Source: Azolla caroliniana
Lineage: Eukaryota; Plantae; Polypodiophyta
NCBI GenBank assembly: GCA_043228905.1
Contig: JBHGNT010000012.1
Span: 9,548,001 to 9,612,000 of the forward strand
Length of the DNA: 64,000 bases
Direction of reading: 5' to 3'
The notes below the pieces were generated by a model. It did no database searches and was not told the DNA's origin. It was given only the letters and a program-made list of their open reading frames with translations. Shown here piece by piece: positions 51,240 to 64,000 of the stretch. The number at the start of each line of letters is the position of its first letter. The stretch's first letter is position 1. The position numbers were made by a program, and so were the translations under genes.

Positions 51240-53805
51240 ACGTGTCGGACATCCTTCAACAGGAGGTTGCATCCGGTTGGTGTTGTCAACCACACGTCTC
51301 CTATGCCGACAATTCGGCATGTACCTTCATTCCCCATCGGACACAACCGTGATCATCGGCTGAGAAGGATGAGAAGCATTTCCGGTCCGGGGTAAGGTGG
51401 AACGACGCTCCGGAGTCAACCACCCAGGTCATCTCGTCGCCTGCAAGGTTTATCTCACTCTCCTCGGTGATGAGCATCAACTCTTCTTCACTTGCCACGA
51501 TTGCCGTCGTTCCCTTTCGGTCCGTTCCCCTCTGGTCTTTACCATTTCGGTCCGGTATCTGCTTTGAATCGGTGCCATCGGTTTCCTTGTCCTTTCGGAA
51601 GTGCCGACAGTTTTTCTGGAAGTGTCCCGGCTTGCCGCAATAGAAGCAGGTAGGCCTTCCCCTTGACTTTGACCGTGTTCCCGACTTCTCCCGGTTCTGG
51701 GGACTACGGTTCCTTTGTCTTCCGCGTTCCAATTCGATAAGGAGCGCTTTGGAGTCGGAGCTCGTATCCTTATCTTTCCGACGCGCCTCCTCATCTAGCA
51801 AGCTCGACTTCACTCTTGCTAGGGATAACTGTTTCTCTTCCGGCCCGGCATTGCCCAAAGTGACAACCAATGTCTCCCAGCTATCTAGGAGGGAACCGAG
51901 CAGGAGTACTGCTAGTACCTCATCGGCGAGAGGCACTTCCAATGATGTTGCCTAGTGGATCAGCCCCTGGAAGGCATTCATGTGCTCCGCCATGCTGGAG
52001 CCATCTTGGTACCGGAGTCTTACTAGCTTCCGGAATATCGAAACGTGCTTAACATCATTTTTGTTCTGAAACATAATGCTGATCTTCTCCCAGAGCTCAT
52101 GAGCCTTGCTCTCTTCATTGAAGTTGTTGTATAGACTCATATCGATGAAGCACCGTATGTACGACGTTGTCTTCATGTGCATCACTTCCCAGATCGTGGC
52201 ATCGATTTTGTCTGGTCTCTGGTCCCAGAACTGAACCAGCAACCAAAGATCTTTAACCACGAGCATGTCCCTGATCTTCGACTTCCGCATTGAATAGTTG
52301 GAGCCGGTGAGCTTGAACATGCCGCCCAACGATTCGTCCATTCTCTGTGTCGTTTCGCTCTGATACCACTTGACAGGAACTACACGTTCCCGATGAACAA
52401 CGCTTGGCCACAACCGAGCTTAGAATTAAAAACACAGAAAAATGGGGAATGAATGCACAACGCAATGGAGAGAAGAGTACACAAGATGTTTACATGGAAA
52501 ATCCAAACACGGGAAAAACCACGGCAGTCCACTGACTGCTAACTATCACTATGTAACAATATACAATAGATGAACACAGAGGCAACGACCTCTTGTTCAC
52601 TGTCTTCGCCACAAGCGGCGATTACAGCAGAGATACGAACTCTTCGTCTCTTTCACTCTCTCTCTCTCTCTGTACACTGTTGCACTCTAATCTTGTGCCA
52701 ATTAGAATGACAACAACACACTACTAAGTTTGCCCTAGGTCATCTTTATACTAATATGACTTTTCGGCTATTTCCAAATATAGCCCCGATGGACTCTCAG
52801 AAAACATATTTACGAATATGTCCCTTCATCCGGTGAGCACTCCTCACCGGGCCTGCATCATCTGGACCAAGCCGGGTACTCGTCATCCGGTTCTCACCGG
52901 GTCTTCCGTAGCCGGGTACTCCACATCCGGATTCTCACTTCCCATCCGGAGGGACCTGTTTCCTAACAAGTACTGATATCCGACAAGCTGGATGCATGTC
53001 GGAAGCGGATCGGACTAGTAAGACATCCCATGCCAGAGTGAAGGGGGAGTTTGTTAGGAAATAGGTCCATCTCGATGGGAAGTGAGAAGAATAGTAAGAA
53101 TCGGATGTGGAGTACCCGATAATGGAAGACCCGGTGAGAACCAGATGTGGAGTACCCGGCAACGGAAGACCCGGTGAGAACCGGATGACGAGTACCCGGC
53201 TTGGTCCAGATGATGTGGAGTACCCGGCAACGGAAGACCCGGTGAGAACCGGATGACGAGTGCCCGGCAAGAGCCGGATGGTGAAGGCCTGGTGAGAACC
53301 GGATGACGAGTGGCTGGCAAGAGCCGGATGATGCAGGCCCGGTGAGGAGTGCTCACCGGATGAAGGGAAATATTCATAAATATGTTTCTGAGAGTCCATT
53401 GGGGCTATATTTGTAAATGGCTGAAAAGTCATATTAGTATAAATATGACTTAGGGCAAACTTAGTATAGAGTAGTTGTCATTCTTGTTGGTGCAAGATTT
53501 GAGCGCGTAATAGTGTACAGAGAGGGAGAAAGAGAGGAAGAGGTCATTGCCTCTATTGTAACCGCCTATGGCGAAGAAAGCAAGCTCGAGGTCGTTGCCT
53601 CGGTGCATTATTATTGTACATTGTGATATAGTGAGAGTTTGCAGTCTCTGGGCTGCCGTAGTTTTTCCCTAGTTTGGGTTTTCCACGTTAACATCCTGTG
53701 TACTTTTCTCTTCACTATGTCGTGCGTTCATGACCCATTTTCTGTGTTTGATCCTCGGCTCGGTTGTGGCCGAGCGTTGTTCATCGGGAGCGTGTATTCC
53801 TGTCA

Positions 53806-56250
53806 GTTTCCTCTCCCGTTCACGGATAGTGTCCTCGACACGGTGGCTGGTCATGAATGCTACAGTTTTCCATGTGGGTTTAATGGCTATAACCAAATCA
53901 GAATGCACTCGGACGGTAAGCGGAAAATGGCGTTTGTCACGGAAGGGGATGTCTTCGTGGCCGAGGTAATGATGTTCGGACTAAAAACGGCACCGGCCAC
54001 ATTCAAACGCATCATCACTGAGATTTTCAACAAGTATATCCCGGCATTCATGCAAGTTTTCCTCAACGACTTTGCCGTGTATGGCTAGCAGCTGGAGCAT
54101 ATGACCCAGTTACGCCTCTATCTCGATCGATGTCGACAAGCTCGGTTGAGCTTAAATCCGGCAAAATGCGCGTTCTTGGTGACAAGCGGAAACGTGCTCG
54201 AGCACATAGTCAGTCAGAAAGGTATCGCCATGGACCCGGATAAAGTGCAAGCCATTCTGAATGCTCCCACGCCCTGTACGGCGAAGGCCCTCAACTGATT
54301 CCTGGGACAAATGAGATGGTTAAGCCGGATGTTATGACACCTAGCCAATTTCGGGACTCCATTGCACGCGGCTGTGCATAGACTCCCATTTTAGTGGTCT
54401 TCAATAAAAGACGAGGCTTACCAATCCTTGAAATTAATGCTCTCCCATGCCCCTGTTGTACAACAACTAGTCTGGTCGGAACCTTTTCACGTCTTCGTAG
54501 ACGCATCAGATATAGCCATCGGCAACGCACACCACCAAATTGGTATCGGCCAGTGTATTACGCTAGCCGATGACTCTTGGCCGCAGAAAAAAACTACTCA
54601 ACAACTGAACGTGAGGCCCTCAGTATGGTCTACAACAACAAATTCCGACATTACCTCTGGGGCCAAAAATTCACATTCCACGTCGATCGCTAGGTTCTCC
54701 TCTACTTGGTAATCGCCTGGCCCAATGGATGCTCCTGCTACAAGAGTTTGATTTTTAGATCCTGCACCGGCTTGGAGTCCAACACACCGTAGCGGACTAC
54801 CTAAGCCGTCTCGAGTCAGGAGAACCAGCCGAGTCCACGTACGATGATCTACCCGACACCACCCTTTTTAGTCTCGCAATGGTGCTAGACAAAAATGAAG
54901 ATGAATGGATCACTGAGATGACCCATTTCCTCAGCATCGGCCTTCCTCCCGACCACTTGACTCTCGATGCTAAAAAACGACTAGTTATCCAGAGCCGAAA
55001 CTTTTGTCTGGTCTCCAACACCCTCTACCACAAAGGCTCAGACGGCATTTGGCACCGTGGAATCCATCAATTCGAGAAACACGCAATCCTCCAAGAGGCA
55101 CATCACAAAATCGCAGGGGGGTCATTACGCTGGAGAGTCCACGGCAAGAAAAATATGGTAGAGTGGCTTATGGTGGCCTACAACGAAAAAAGATGCTCAT
55201 GAATTCTGTCCATAGTGTGATTTGTGTCAATGCATGGGACAACCGACCGAGCAAGGCCGGATGCCGCACCAACCCATCCTCCCGTTAGAACCATTTCAAA
55301 AGTGGGGGTTAGATTTTGAGGGACCTTTCAAACCAGCCGCGGCTCGCACCGGTAACAAATATATAATCGTGGCCGCAGACTATTGCACAAAATGGCTTGA
55401 GGCTAAGACACTACGGGACAACACGACTGCATCCACGACAAAGTTCATTTACGAACATCTATGGTGCCGTTATGGATGCCCAATCGAGCTCATTAGTGAC
55501 CAAGGTGGGCATTTTATAAACCACATAATTCAAGAGCTCACTACACACTACACGGTCGTACATAAGAAAAGTACACCATACTATCCTCAGGCAAACGGAT
55601 TGGCGGAATCTACTAATAAAATTCTGCAAACAATCTTGAAAAAGATCGTCAATGAGAACCGCACCGATTGGGATGACAAGCTCCAGAGTGCATTATGGGT
55701 GTATCGCACCACATTTAAAACTAGTATTCAATCTACACCCTTTCGGATGGCATTTGGTTTGGAAGCAGTCATGCCGATCGAGTTCCAAGTCCTGAGTCTC
55801 CGAGTTCAGGTTAAGGAAAGGCTACCCGAGGCCCAATCAGAGCAATATCAGCTCGAACAACTCCTCGAACTCAGCCAGCATCGAGTGGCCAGCATGGCTC
55901 AACTAGAACAATGCCAACGATAACACAAAGCCTTCGTAGATCATCACTAGAAAGGTACGGAGAAAGCAGTTAGCATCAGCAAACCGGTACTCGTCTTACA
56001 AACACACTTTGGTGCCATGCCGGGGAAATTACAATTCTGATGGACAGGCCCCTTCTAGATAATCGACGAGTTTAACAGCACATTCCAACTCGGCACACTT
56101 GCCGGAGACATCGTCAAAAGCTGGGTAAATGGATTTCGACTTCGACCTTACCAAGGAAATACCCTAGATAATCCCTTCGCCAAGTCTCACAAAACGGACC
56201 AGTTCACAGACGACACTACGAAGGAGGCCACGTGCCCCCATCGGTAAAAT
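53806..56250 (+). pseudogene. Gypsy B RT, RNase H and integrase
   Basis: FPLPFTD, MMFGLKTAP, FLNDF, FHVFVDASD, KWGLDF, ISDQG, YPQANGLAE. Confidence 0.93.
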
Positions 56251-56770
56251 AATGACCTACCCATCAAATTTGTATATTAGGTAAAATTAGGAATAGTTTT
56301 AGCATTTAAATTAGGCTTACCTAAACCACCTAACAAATCACCCCAAATCACGAAAATTTCTTAAGAGCACAAACTAGTCATCTTCACATTAAAGTAGAGT
56401 ATTTAAGGAACATGCACACCCCACAAGGCAAAACACTCCTGTGATGCGTGGCCATAATACCTTATTATGGCAGCCACAACCAACAATCTAAAGGATCTTC
56501 TCCTTGCATAAAACCCTAGGCGGTCACATAAAAGAAGCTACCCCACACACAACGCGCCCACTCACACAGAAGCTTTCTTGCCTTCACAGCCTTCAAGCTC
56601 CCAAGCTCTCTCTCGTTCTCATCGCTCCTGCAAACATGCCTTCTCTCGCCCTCGTAGCCCCTTCACAGAACAACGATTTCCTCCCCAACAATCTTCTTCC
56701 ATCTCTCTGTCTCGCCCTCGTCTCATCGCCCCCCCCGCATTCTCTCTGTCAGCAAACCATCAAGTCCACC

Positions 56771-59700
56771 ATGCCTCTCTCAACATCGCGGGGAACCCTT
56801 TCTTAGCAACAGCAACAAGTATTGGGCGGCTACTTACGGGTCATCGATGCCCCAGCGCACCCTGACGCCCAAGCAATAGCACACAGAATCCACCCCGACA
56901 CAGTGACCAACAATATGATTCGCGCCGCTCTGGACGTTATGCGAGGCGGAGAACATGAAGTCAAGATTCCTCCTCATACGACCGTCAAGGAATACTTTGG
57001 GATGTATTCGATGTCTGGAAAAGCTTACCGCACTTACGGAGGACCAAACAAGTCTTTTGGGGAGATTGCCCGAATTTTGATGGAATACACCTTTGTGCAT
57101 ACAAATCCCACGAGTATGCCACTGAATAAGGTAGCCATCATCATTAGAGAGTACGAAGCCGACAAAGTCGATTGGGGAATCATCACTAGCGAAGCAGTCC
57201 GTGCAGCATTGGAGTCTTTTCAATCAGGTAAGCAATTGCTACATGTGATGACCCATTACCTCATAGTCCTCTACCCACCTCCTTCGTTTTCCCCTCGTCG
57301 CATCGTCACCTCTCCACCACCACCACGGAAACAACGGGAGCAGATTTTGGCGTTAACCCATGAAGAATGGGAAGACCCCTCGCCCTCTCCATCTCCCTCG
57401 GCCGCTCAGAATCCTACTCCCACCTCAGCACAACCCCCACCAAAAACACAGAAGCAATGGGCGTTACCAGTGACCCGTGTTGAATGGGACGAGGCCGAGG
57501 AGCCCATCACTGAGGATGTCACCATACGACAAAAAACACGAAGGACATCAATGCCCTCTCCACAATCGAGCCCAAACCCACCATCCAGCAGCCTTCGGGC
57601 ATACGGCAACAAAAGAGGAAACAAGCCAAGGAGCCAACACCATCGGCCCCAGAGTTACAAGACCAGCCAAAAACGAAACGACGCATCAATCACGATTCGA
57701 CCATAGAAACTGAGGGGACCCAACGTCAGAAATCAAAAGAGGCCAGCCCGACCTCCATGGCCATGGTACCACTAGAGTCATGGCTCCAAATAGGCAGGAT
57801 CGAACATGGACAAACCATGCAGATATCAAAGGACGATGTCCTCGGTTACAAAGACCTCTCCGCAGAGGCATATGAGTTCAGTGCACTACTTCGATTGGGC
57901 ACAACATATGAGTTGATGGATTTCCTCGTGTGCGCCCAAGTAGCTGCCGCCACTCGTATGGCCGAGGAGCACACGGAAACAAAGATGATCCAACGCGCAC
58001 TAATGGGAGAACTCGAACCTCAAAAGGATCGAGACTTACAGAAGATAGGTCGGAAGAAGCAAGCACAGAATGCTTCCCTCCTCATGGAGCTACCAGATCT
58101 GAACATGGCCTTAGTCGAGGCATATCGAAATCTAGACCACACAACTCGGGCAGCCAAGGACATGGCCTAACGTATCAAAACAACACAACAGCAAGCCAAA
58201 CGGGCCACCGAGCTATGGCAAGCCGCCGAGCAGAAACTGGCGTCATTGGAGCAGGAACATCGAGAACAACCACCCTTAAACCTCCATGCCCCGAGTAACC
58301 ATGTCTCACTAGCCCCTCTTCCGAACCCGAGCCTGAGTGCTACTGTTGCCGAAGCACACAATGACGACACAGCTCACCCCAGGGTAGCCACGGTCGATGC
58401 AAGCACAATGACAGATTCGGTACAGATGAGTAAGACATCGGCAAATAAAACCCTGCACCCCCAAACCAGCCACCCCTCCACACAAACGGTGCCATCAACT
58501 GTCATCACCACGAATGAAACATATCTAACGGCAGATAGGACACCGAGCCTCCAGACAAGGCACACTTCCACACAAACGCCACAACCACCTGTCGTCTTGG
58601 AGAGATCTACACAGACGGACAGGGAACCCAATCCCCAGAACCAACAAGTTGCAACCCAGATAGGGCCTCCCCTCCGTGACTACCAAGACGACCTCAAGGC
58701 CCAGATCGCTAGGGCCGAGCTAGCGGAACAAAACCACAACACTATTGGCCAAGTACGGGAACAAGCCGCGTGCCGCGAAGCTGACCTCCAGCGACGTCTT
58801 GCCGAAAGCTCGGTCGCGCTCAAAGCACAAGAAAGAGAGGTGATGAACCTTAAGGTCGCTATCACTGAGACCAAAGAACAATTCATCAAGGAAGAAGAGA
58901 GGAATAGCCAATGGGAACGCGAGCTATTCGCAAACAACCAGGAATTATGGAGTCAACAAAGGGCCTTACAAGAACTGGGAAACGAACACATGCAAAAGTG
59001 GAGGATCTCTGAAGAGCAACGGGTGCAACTTTCCGATGCTTATCACCAATTGCTAGCAGAGGGCATCGCCGCCAGGGAACGACAACAGGACGTGTGGAGA
59101 CAAGAAGTGAACAAAACTATAGCACAACTCACCAAACATTACGAGCAGACAATCGCGCTCGTAACCGCAAAAGCAAAGGATAACCAAGCTACTCTTGAGC
59201 TCCTCGTCAGCAAATGCCAAGAAGATGCCAAGGCCGCAAGGGAGGAAGTGGAAGCTCACCGAGCTCACATCGGCATGGATGATACTAGAATAAAGAGCCT
59301 GATCAACAAATATCGCCAACAACTCACCAAGAAGATTGAGGAAACGCTCGACCGCGTATTGTAGGAATGGTCAGCCCAAGCCGCTGAACTACACATATTA
59401 CGCACGGATGCCGAAAACCGAAGGAAGGAAGGCCGCGGGTTCTACAAGATGGATGACACCAGCATCCAGACCCTCCGTGAAGACTTGACCAAGGAATATC
59501 ATACCTTAGCAGAATCCCACACTGTGGCAATCGAGCAACTTCTAGAGGAATTCAACGACGATCAAACGATGTTCCGTTTAGATGCCGAAGCTTACGAGGA
59601 CGAACACCTAGCTACCATGACTAACAGAGCTCCCACGACCGATGACCACGAACCAACGCGAACAACAACAACCACCACGAAAGCCAGACAAGGGGGACCC

Positions 59701-59904
59701 GCCCCTATAGACACCCACATCACAACCGAGCAACAAACTACGACCACAACCCTGCCTGAATCGGAACCAACAGAGGGCGGCCCACGCGAAGAGACATCCA
59801 TCCCGGACTCGGCAGCAAAACCCCCATCACCAACCCCACCATCCGAGCAGCCTGACCAACCCCATGCCCCCGAGGATATCCTTGGCATATTAGAAGAGGA
59901 TTAA
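56771..59904 (+). pseudogene. Gypsy B additional 3' ORF (~1000 aa; Pro/Thr-rich with a coiled-coil-like region), unknown function
   Basis: Segments 56822-57706, 57757-58170, 58246-59364, 59449-59904 join through one frameshift and a few stops. Confidence 0.75.
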
Positions 59905-60033
59905 AACAAACCCTTAAGCCCCCTTGTATAAAGGGCAATTTTGTAAATTTTTTTTGGCAAAATCCGTGGTTATCCCTCCACTTTGTGAATCGTGGTTCCG
60001 ATGGACAAAGTCCTGTCCCACGGGCGTGCCAGG

Positions 60034-60545
60034 TGTTGTCCATAGGCCAAAAATATAAATACAAAATATGTAAACTCACCAGTAGGTAGAAAAGTAGGTA
60101 AGGAAATAGGTAGAACTAAAATAGTCGAGTTTTGAGCCCTCACAATCAGCCGACGGCTCGGCTCTGTGTAAAGAAGAAAACTATATAAACCGAGACCTGC
60201 ATACCTCAAGAGGGATATACCCAAATTATTAGCAGGATTAATATAGCAACGCTTGGATCTTCACGAGACTGCTTCCAGCCGAGAGCCGTGTATTGTAAGC
60301 CGTGTACTGTATTCACTCTGAGCTTTCATATTTAATATAAATCTCGCTCTTACTGTTCCTTCATCTGTGTATTCTTCCTGTACTCGTAATCGTAGCTATG
60401 TCTAAGTCTACCGGGTTGTACCCCATGTACGCTCCCAGTTCCCTTGACGTCTTCTCGGTGTAGAGGAAGCCCTCACATAACACGACCCCTTGATACCGAT
60501 AGTCGGTGGGCTCATCGTAGGTGTCTTCTCTAGAAAAGGTTAACA
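60034..60545 (+). repeat. Gypsy B right LTR
   Basis: Direct repeat of 38392-38887 with a 16-bp internal duplication. Confidence 0.9.
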
Positions 60546-63320
60546 TTCTGTAGAGTTTTATTGGTAGATTCGGTCAATCCATTGGCCTGTGGATAATAAG
60601 GGGTGCTTCGCTTGTGCACGACCACAGAAAATGTTGTTACATTTTCCACCACGTGGTCGAGGAAGTGTCCACCTTGGTCGCTGATTAATTCAATTGGACA
60701 TCCATACCGGCACCAGATGTACTCGTATAGGAACTTTGTCGTTAACGACGCGGTATTGTCACGTGGTGCCTTGGCTTCCACCCATTTGGTACAGTAATCC
60801 ATGGTCACAATTATGTACCTGTTGCCGGTTTGCATTCACGGTGGCTTGAATGGTCCAACGAAGTCCAGCCCCCATTTCTAGAATGGCTCTAGAGGTAGTA
60901 CCTGTTGTTGCGGCATGCGTGCTTGTTCCGTTGGCTGGCCCATTCTTTGACATAGATCACATTCCTTTGTATATCGGGCCGAGTCCTTTAGTGTCCTTGG
61001 TCACCATCAGCCACTCCGCCATATTTTCCTTGTCGTAGCTTCACCGGCATAATGTCCTCCGACGACCCCACAATGCACTTCCCATAAAATGGTGTCTTTT
61101 TCATCACTCCGGACCGATCGCCGTCATATGTCGTCCGCTCCTTTATGATACAGGGTATCCTGCACTAGACAAAAGTCTCGGCTTTGCACCGCCAACTATT
61201 TACATTCAACCCGGTTCATCTCCTTTGGGGGTAGTTCGATATTTAAGAACTGGTGCATATTCGTTAGCCATTTGTCCTCGTCCACGATTGTCCCATCTAC
61301 CATGGTTTCCACTGTAATTTTAAATAATGCGGCATCCGAAAATTCATCTTGAACACCGACACCGGTCTCTCCGGATTCTAATTGGCTCAAGTAATCGGCA
61401 ACCGCATGTTTCATACCCGGCCGGTGATAGATCTCAAAATCAAATTCTTGTAATAATAATGTCCACCAGGCTAGCTTGTCGGTGAGTGATGCCTTCGAGA
61501 TCAAGTATAAAAGCGTTGAATGGTCTACATGGAATGAAAACTTGCGGCCCAACAAATAATGTCGGTATTTGGTGACACTATATGTCATTCCTAGGGCTTC
61601 TCTTTCCGGAGTGGAATAATTTCGCTCCGGCTTTGACATCTTCCGGCTAGCATAGTACACCGGTCGGTACCACTTCGGTTTGGTAAATTGGATGAGGTAC
61701 GCTTCTGATTGCGATATCCAACGCATCCACGAAGACATGGAACTCTTTTGACCAGTCCGGGGATTGTACCATTGGTGCTTGTGATAGCATTACCTTGAGT
61801 GTGCGGTAAGCCTTATCCTCTTCATCCATCCAATTAAATAGTGTCCGGTGTACAACTGCGCGTAGTGGCGTGGCGAGGTCTGCCAAGTACCAGAGCATCC
61901 GGCTATGATACCGATAGTCGGTGGGCTCATCGTAGGTGTCTTCTCTAGAAAAGGTTAACATTCTGTAGAGTTTTATTGGTAGATTCGGTCAATCCATTGG
62001 CCTGTGGATAATAAGGGGTGCTTCGCTTGTGCACGACCACAGAAAATGTTGTTACATTTTCCACCACGTGGTCGAGGAAGTGTCCACCTTGGTCGCTGAT
62101 TAATTCAATTGGACATCCATACCGGCACCAGTTGTACTCGTATAGGAACTTTGTCGTTAACGACGCAGTATTGTCACGTGGTGCCTTGGCTTCCACCCAT
62201 TTGGTACAGTAATCCATGGTCACAATTATGTACCTGTTGCCGGTTTGCATTCACGGTGGCTTGAATGGTCCAACGAAGTCCAGCCCCCATTTCTAGAATG
62301 GCTCTAGAGGTAGTACCTGTTGTTGCGGCATGCGTGCTTGTTCCGTTGGCTGGCCCATTCTTTGACATAGATCACATTCCTTTGTATATCGGGCCGAGTC
62401 CTTTAGTGTCCTTGGTCACCATCAGCCACTCCGCCATATTTTCCTTGTCGTAGCTTCACCGGCATAATGTCCTCCGACGACCCCACAATGCACTTCCCAT
62501 AAAATGGTGTCTTTTTCATCACTCCGGACCGATCGCCGTCATATGTCGTCCGCTCCTTTATGATACAGGGTATCCTGCACTAGACAAAAGTCTCGGCTTT
62601 GCACCGCCAACTATTTACATTCAACCCGGTTCATCTCCTTTGGGGGTAGTTCGATATTTAAGAACTGGTGCATATTCGTTAGCCATTTGTCCTCGTCCAC
62701 GATTGTCCCATCTACCATGGTTTCCACTGTAATTTTAAATAATGCGGCATCCGAAAATTCATCTTGAACACCGACACCGGTCTCTCCGGATTCTAATTGG
62801 CTCAAGTAATCGGCAACCGCATGTTTCATACCCGGCCGGTGATAGATCTCAAAATCAAATTCTTGTAATAATAATGTCCACCAGGCTAGCTTGTCGGTGA
62901 GTGATGCCTTCGAGATCAAGTATAAAAGCGTTGAATGGTCTACATGGAATGAAAACTTGCGGCCCAACAAATAATGTCGGTATTTGGTGACACTATATGT
63001 CATTCCTAGGGCTTCTCTTTCCGGAGTGGAATAATTTCGCTCCGGCTTTGACATCTTCAGGCTAGCATAGTACACCGGTCGGTACCACTTCGGTTTGGTA
63101 AATTGGATGAGGTACGCTTCTGATTGCGATATCCAACGCATCCACGAAGACATGGAACTCTTTTGACCAGTCCGGGGATTGTACCATTGGTGCTTGTGAT
63201 AGCATTACCTTGAGTGTGCGGTAAGCCTTATCCTCTTCATCCATCCAATTAAATAGTGTCCGGTGTACAACTGCGCGTAGTGGCGTGGCGAGGTCTGCCA
63301 AGTACCAGAGCATCCGGCTA
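60491..63320. repeat. 1415-bp tandem duplication (60491-61905 and 61906-63320)
   Basis: Near-identical ORF pairs offset by 1415 bp; includes the last 55 bp of the Gypsy B LTR. Confidence 0.95.
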
Positions 63321-64000
63321 TGCCACCGGATCTGTCCTAAGAACTGGCTTAAAGCTTTGGCGGTCGTTGGTGCCAGCGCCTACAAAATAGCCTTGACCTC
63401 ATCTGGGTCCACGACAATCCCTTCCTTGCTAACAACATGACCCAGTAATGTGCCGCTGGTCACACCGAACAAACACTTTGCTGGGTTTAAGATTAACCAG
63501 TATCCTTTGCACTTTTCCAAGTGTAACCTAAGATGCTCGAGGTGTTCCCCTTTCCGACTGTGTACCGCAAAATCATCCAGGAATACCTGCATAAACGTCG
63601 GAATGAATTCTCCAAATACTTCCATAATAATCCTCTGAAAGGTTGTCAGCGCCGTCTTGAGTCTGAACATCATTACTACTTCTACAAAGACTCCCCATTC
63701 TGTCACGAACATCGTCTTTTCTTGATCGTTCGGATGCATCCTTATTTGGTTATATCTGCAGAAACCATCGTGAAAGCTATAAACCTCGTGCCCGACTACC
63801 GCATTTAAAACTCCATCCGTAAACGGAAGCGGAAATGCGTCAGTAACCGTTGCCGCGTTTAATTTCTGGTAATCCACGCAGACAGGGATGTTGTCGTTCT
63901 TCTTCAGCACTACAACAATTGGACTTAGCCAAGTGGCTTTCTTCACCGGCCAGCAGCTTGTCAATTTCCTCTTTTACTCTTGCCGTGTAGTTTAGGTTCA
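60546..64000 (-). mobile_element. Gypsy A pol (RT, RNase H, integrase), degenerate; runs off the window
   Basis: WLSPIVVV..CVDY, FLDDF, FHVFVDA, RPVYYAS, DYCTKWVEA, ISDQG, YPQANG. Confidence 0.93.

Larger units (their letters stand above)
47290..52341 (-). pseudogene. Copia-2 gag-pol, with an internal deletion and a nested insertion
   Basis: ORFs 51952-52413, 51301-51942 (CFYCGKPGHFQKNC, DSGAS), 48815-50020, 48334-48930, 47602-47922. Confidence 0.95.
46533..52968 (-). mobile_element. Copia-2: same family, nested in reverse orientation at the end of Copia-1 pol
   Basis: LTRs 46533-47228 and 52371-52968; TSD AGTAC; PBS 52357-52368; PPT 47231-47243. Confidence 0.96.
41932..53805 (+). mobile_element. 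Copia-1: Ty1/copia element inserted in the Gypsy B RT
   Basis: LTRs 41932-42621 and 53052-53805; TSD GTTTC; PBS TGGTATCAGAGC 42625-42636; PPT AGTGAAGGGGGAG ~53037-53049. Confidence 0.96.
38392..60545 (+). mobile_element. Gypsy B: full-length degenerate Ty3/Gypsy element (no chromodomain seen) with an extra 3' ORF
   Basis: LTRs 38392-38887 and 60034-60545; TSD TTATG/TTCTG; order gag-PR-RT-RH-INT. Confidence 0.92.

Overview
Repeat-dominated nuclear DNA from a land plant, probably a fern (inferred from a plastid clpP/rps12 fragment with apparently unedited codons). No host protein-coding gene is evident. The main feature is a tandem array of tRNA-Leu(UAG) genes. Its homogeneous core (~8.4-23.4 kb) holds 35 full-length and 11 internally deleted copies, counted by eye, with monomers of 272-338 bp organised in a 1261-bp higher-order repeat. 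More diverged copies flank it, and the block at 1-1190 is inverted. A second, older ~919-bp satellite made of decayed tRNA-His copies is interleaved. The arrays are interrupted by a 1.8-kb plastid insertion, an L1/Tx1-like LINE and LTR-retrotransposon fragments. From 37.5 kb onward there is a five-level nest: Gypsy A > Gypsy B (extra ORF, tRNA-Arg-like sites beside both LTRs) > Copia-1 > Copia-2 (inverted) > a TGTCG...CGACA solo-LTR-like element. Coordinates and counts were read manually.
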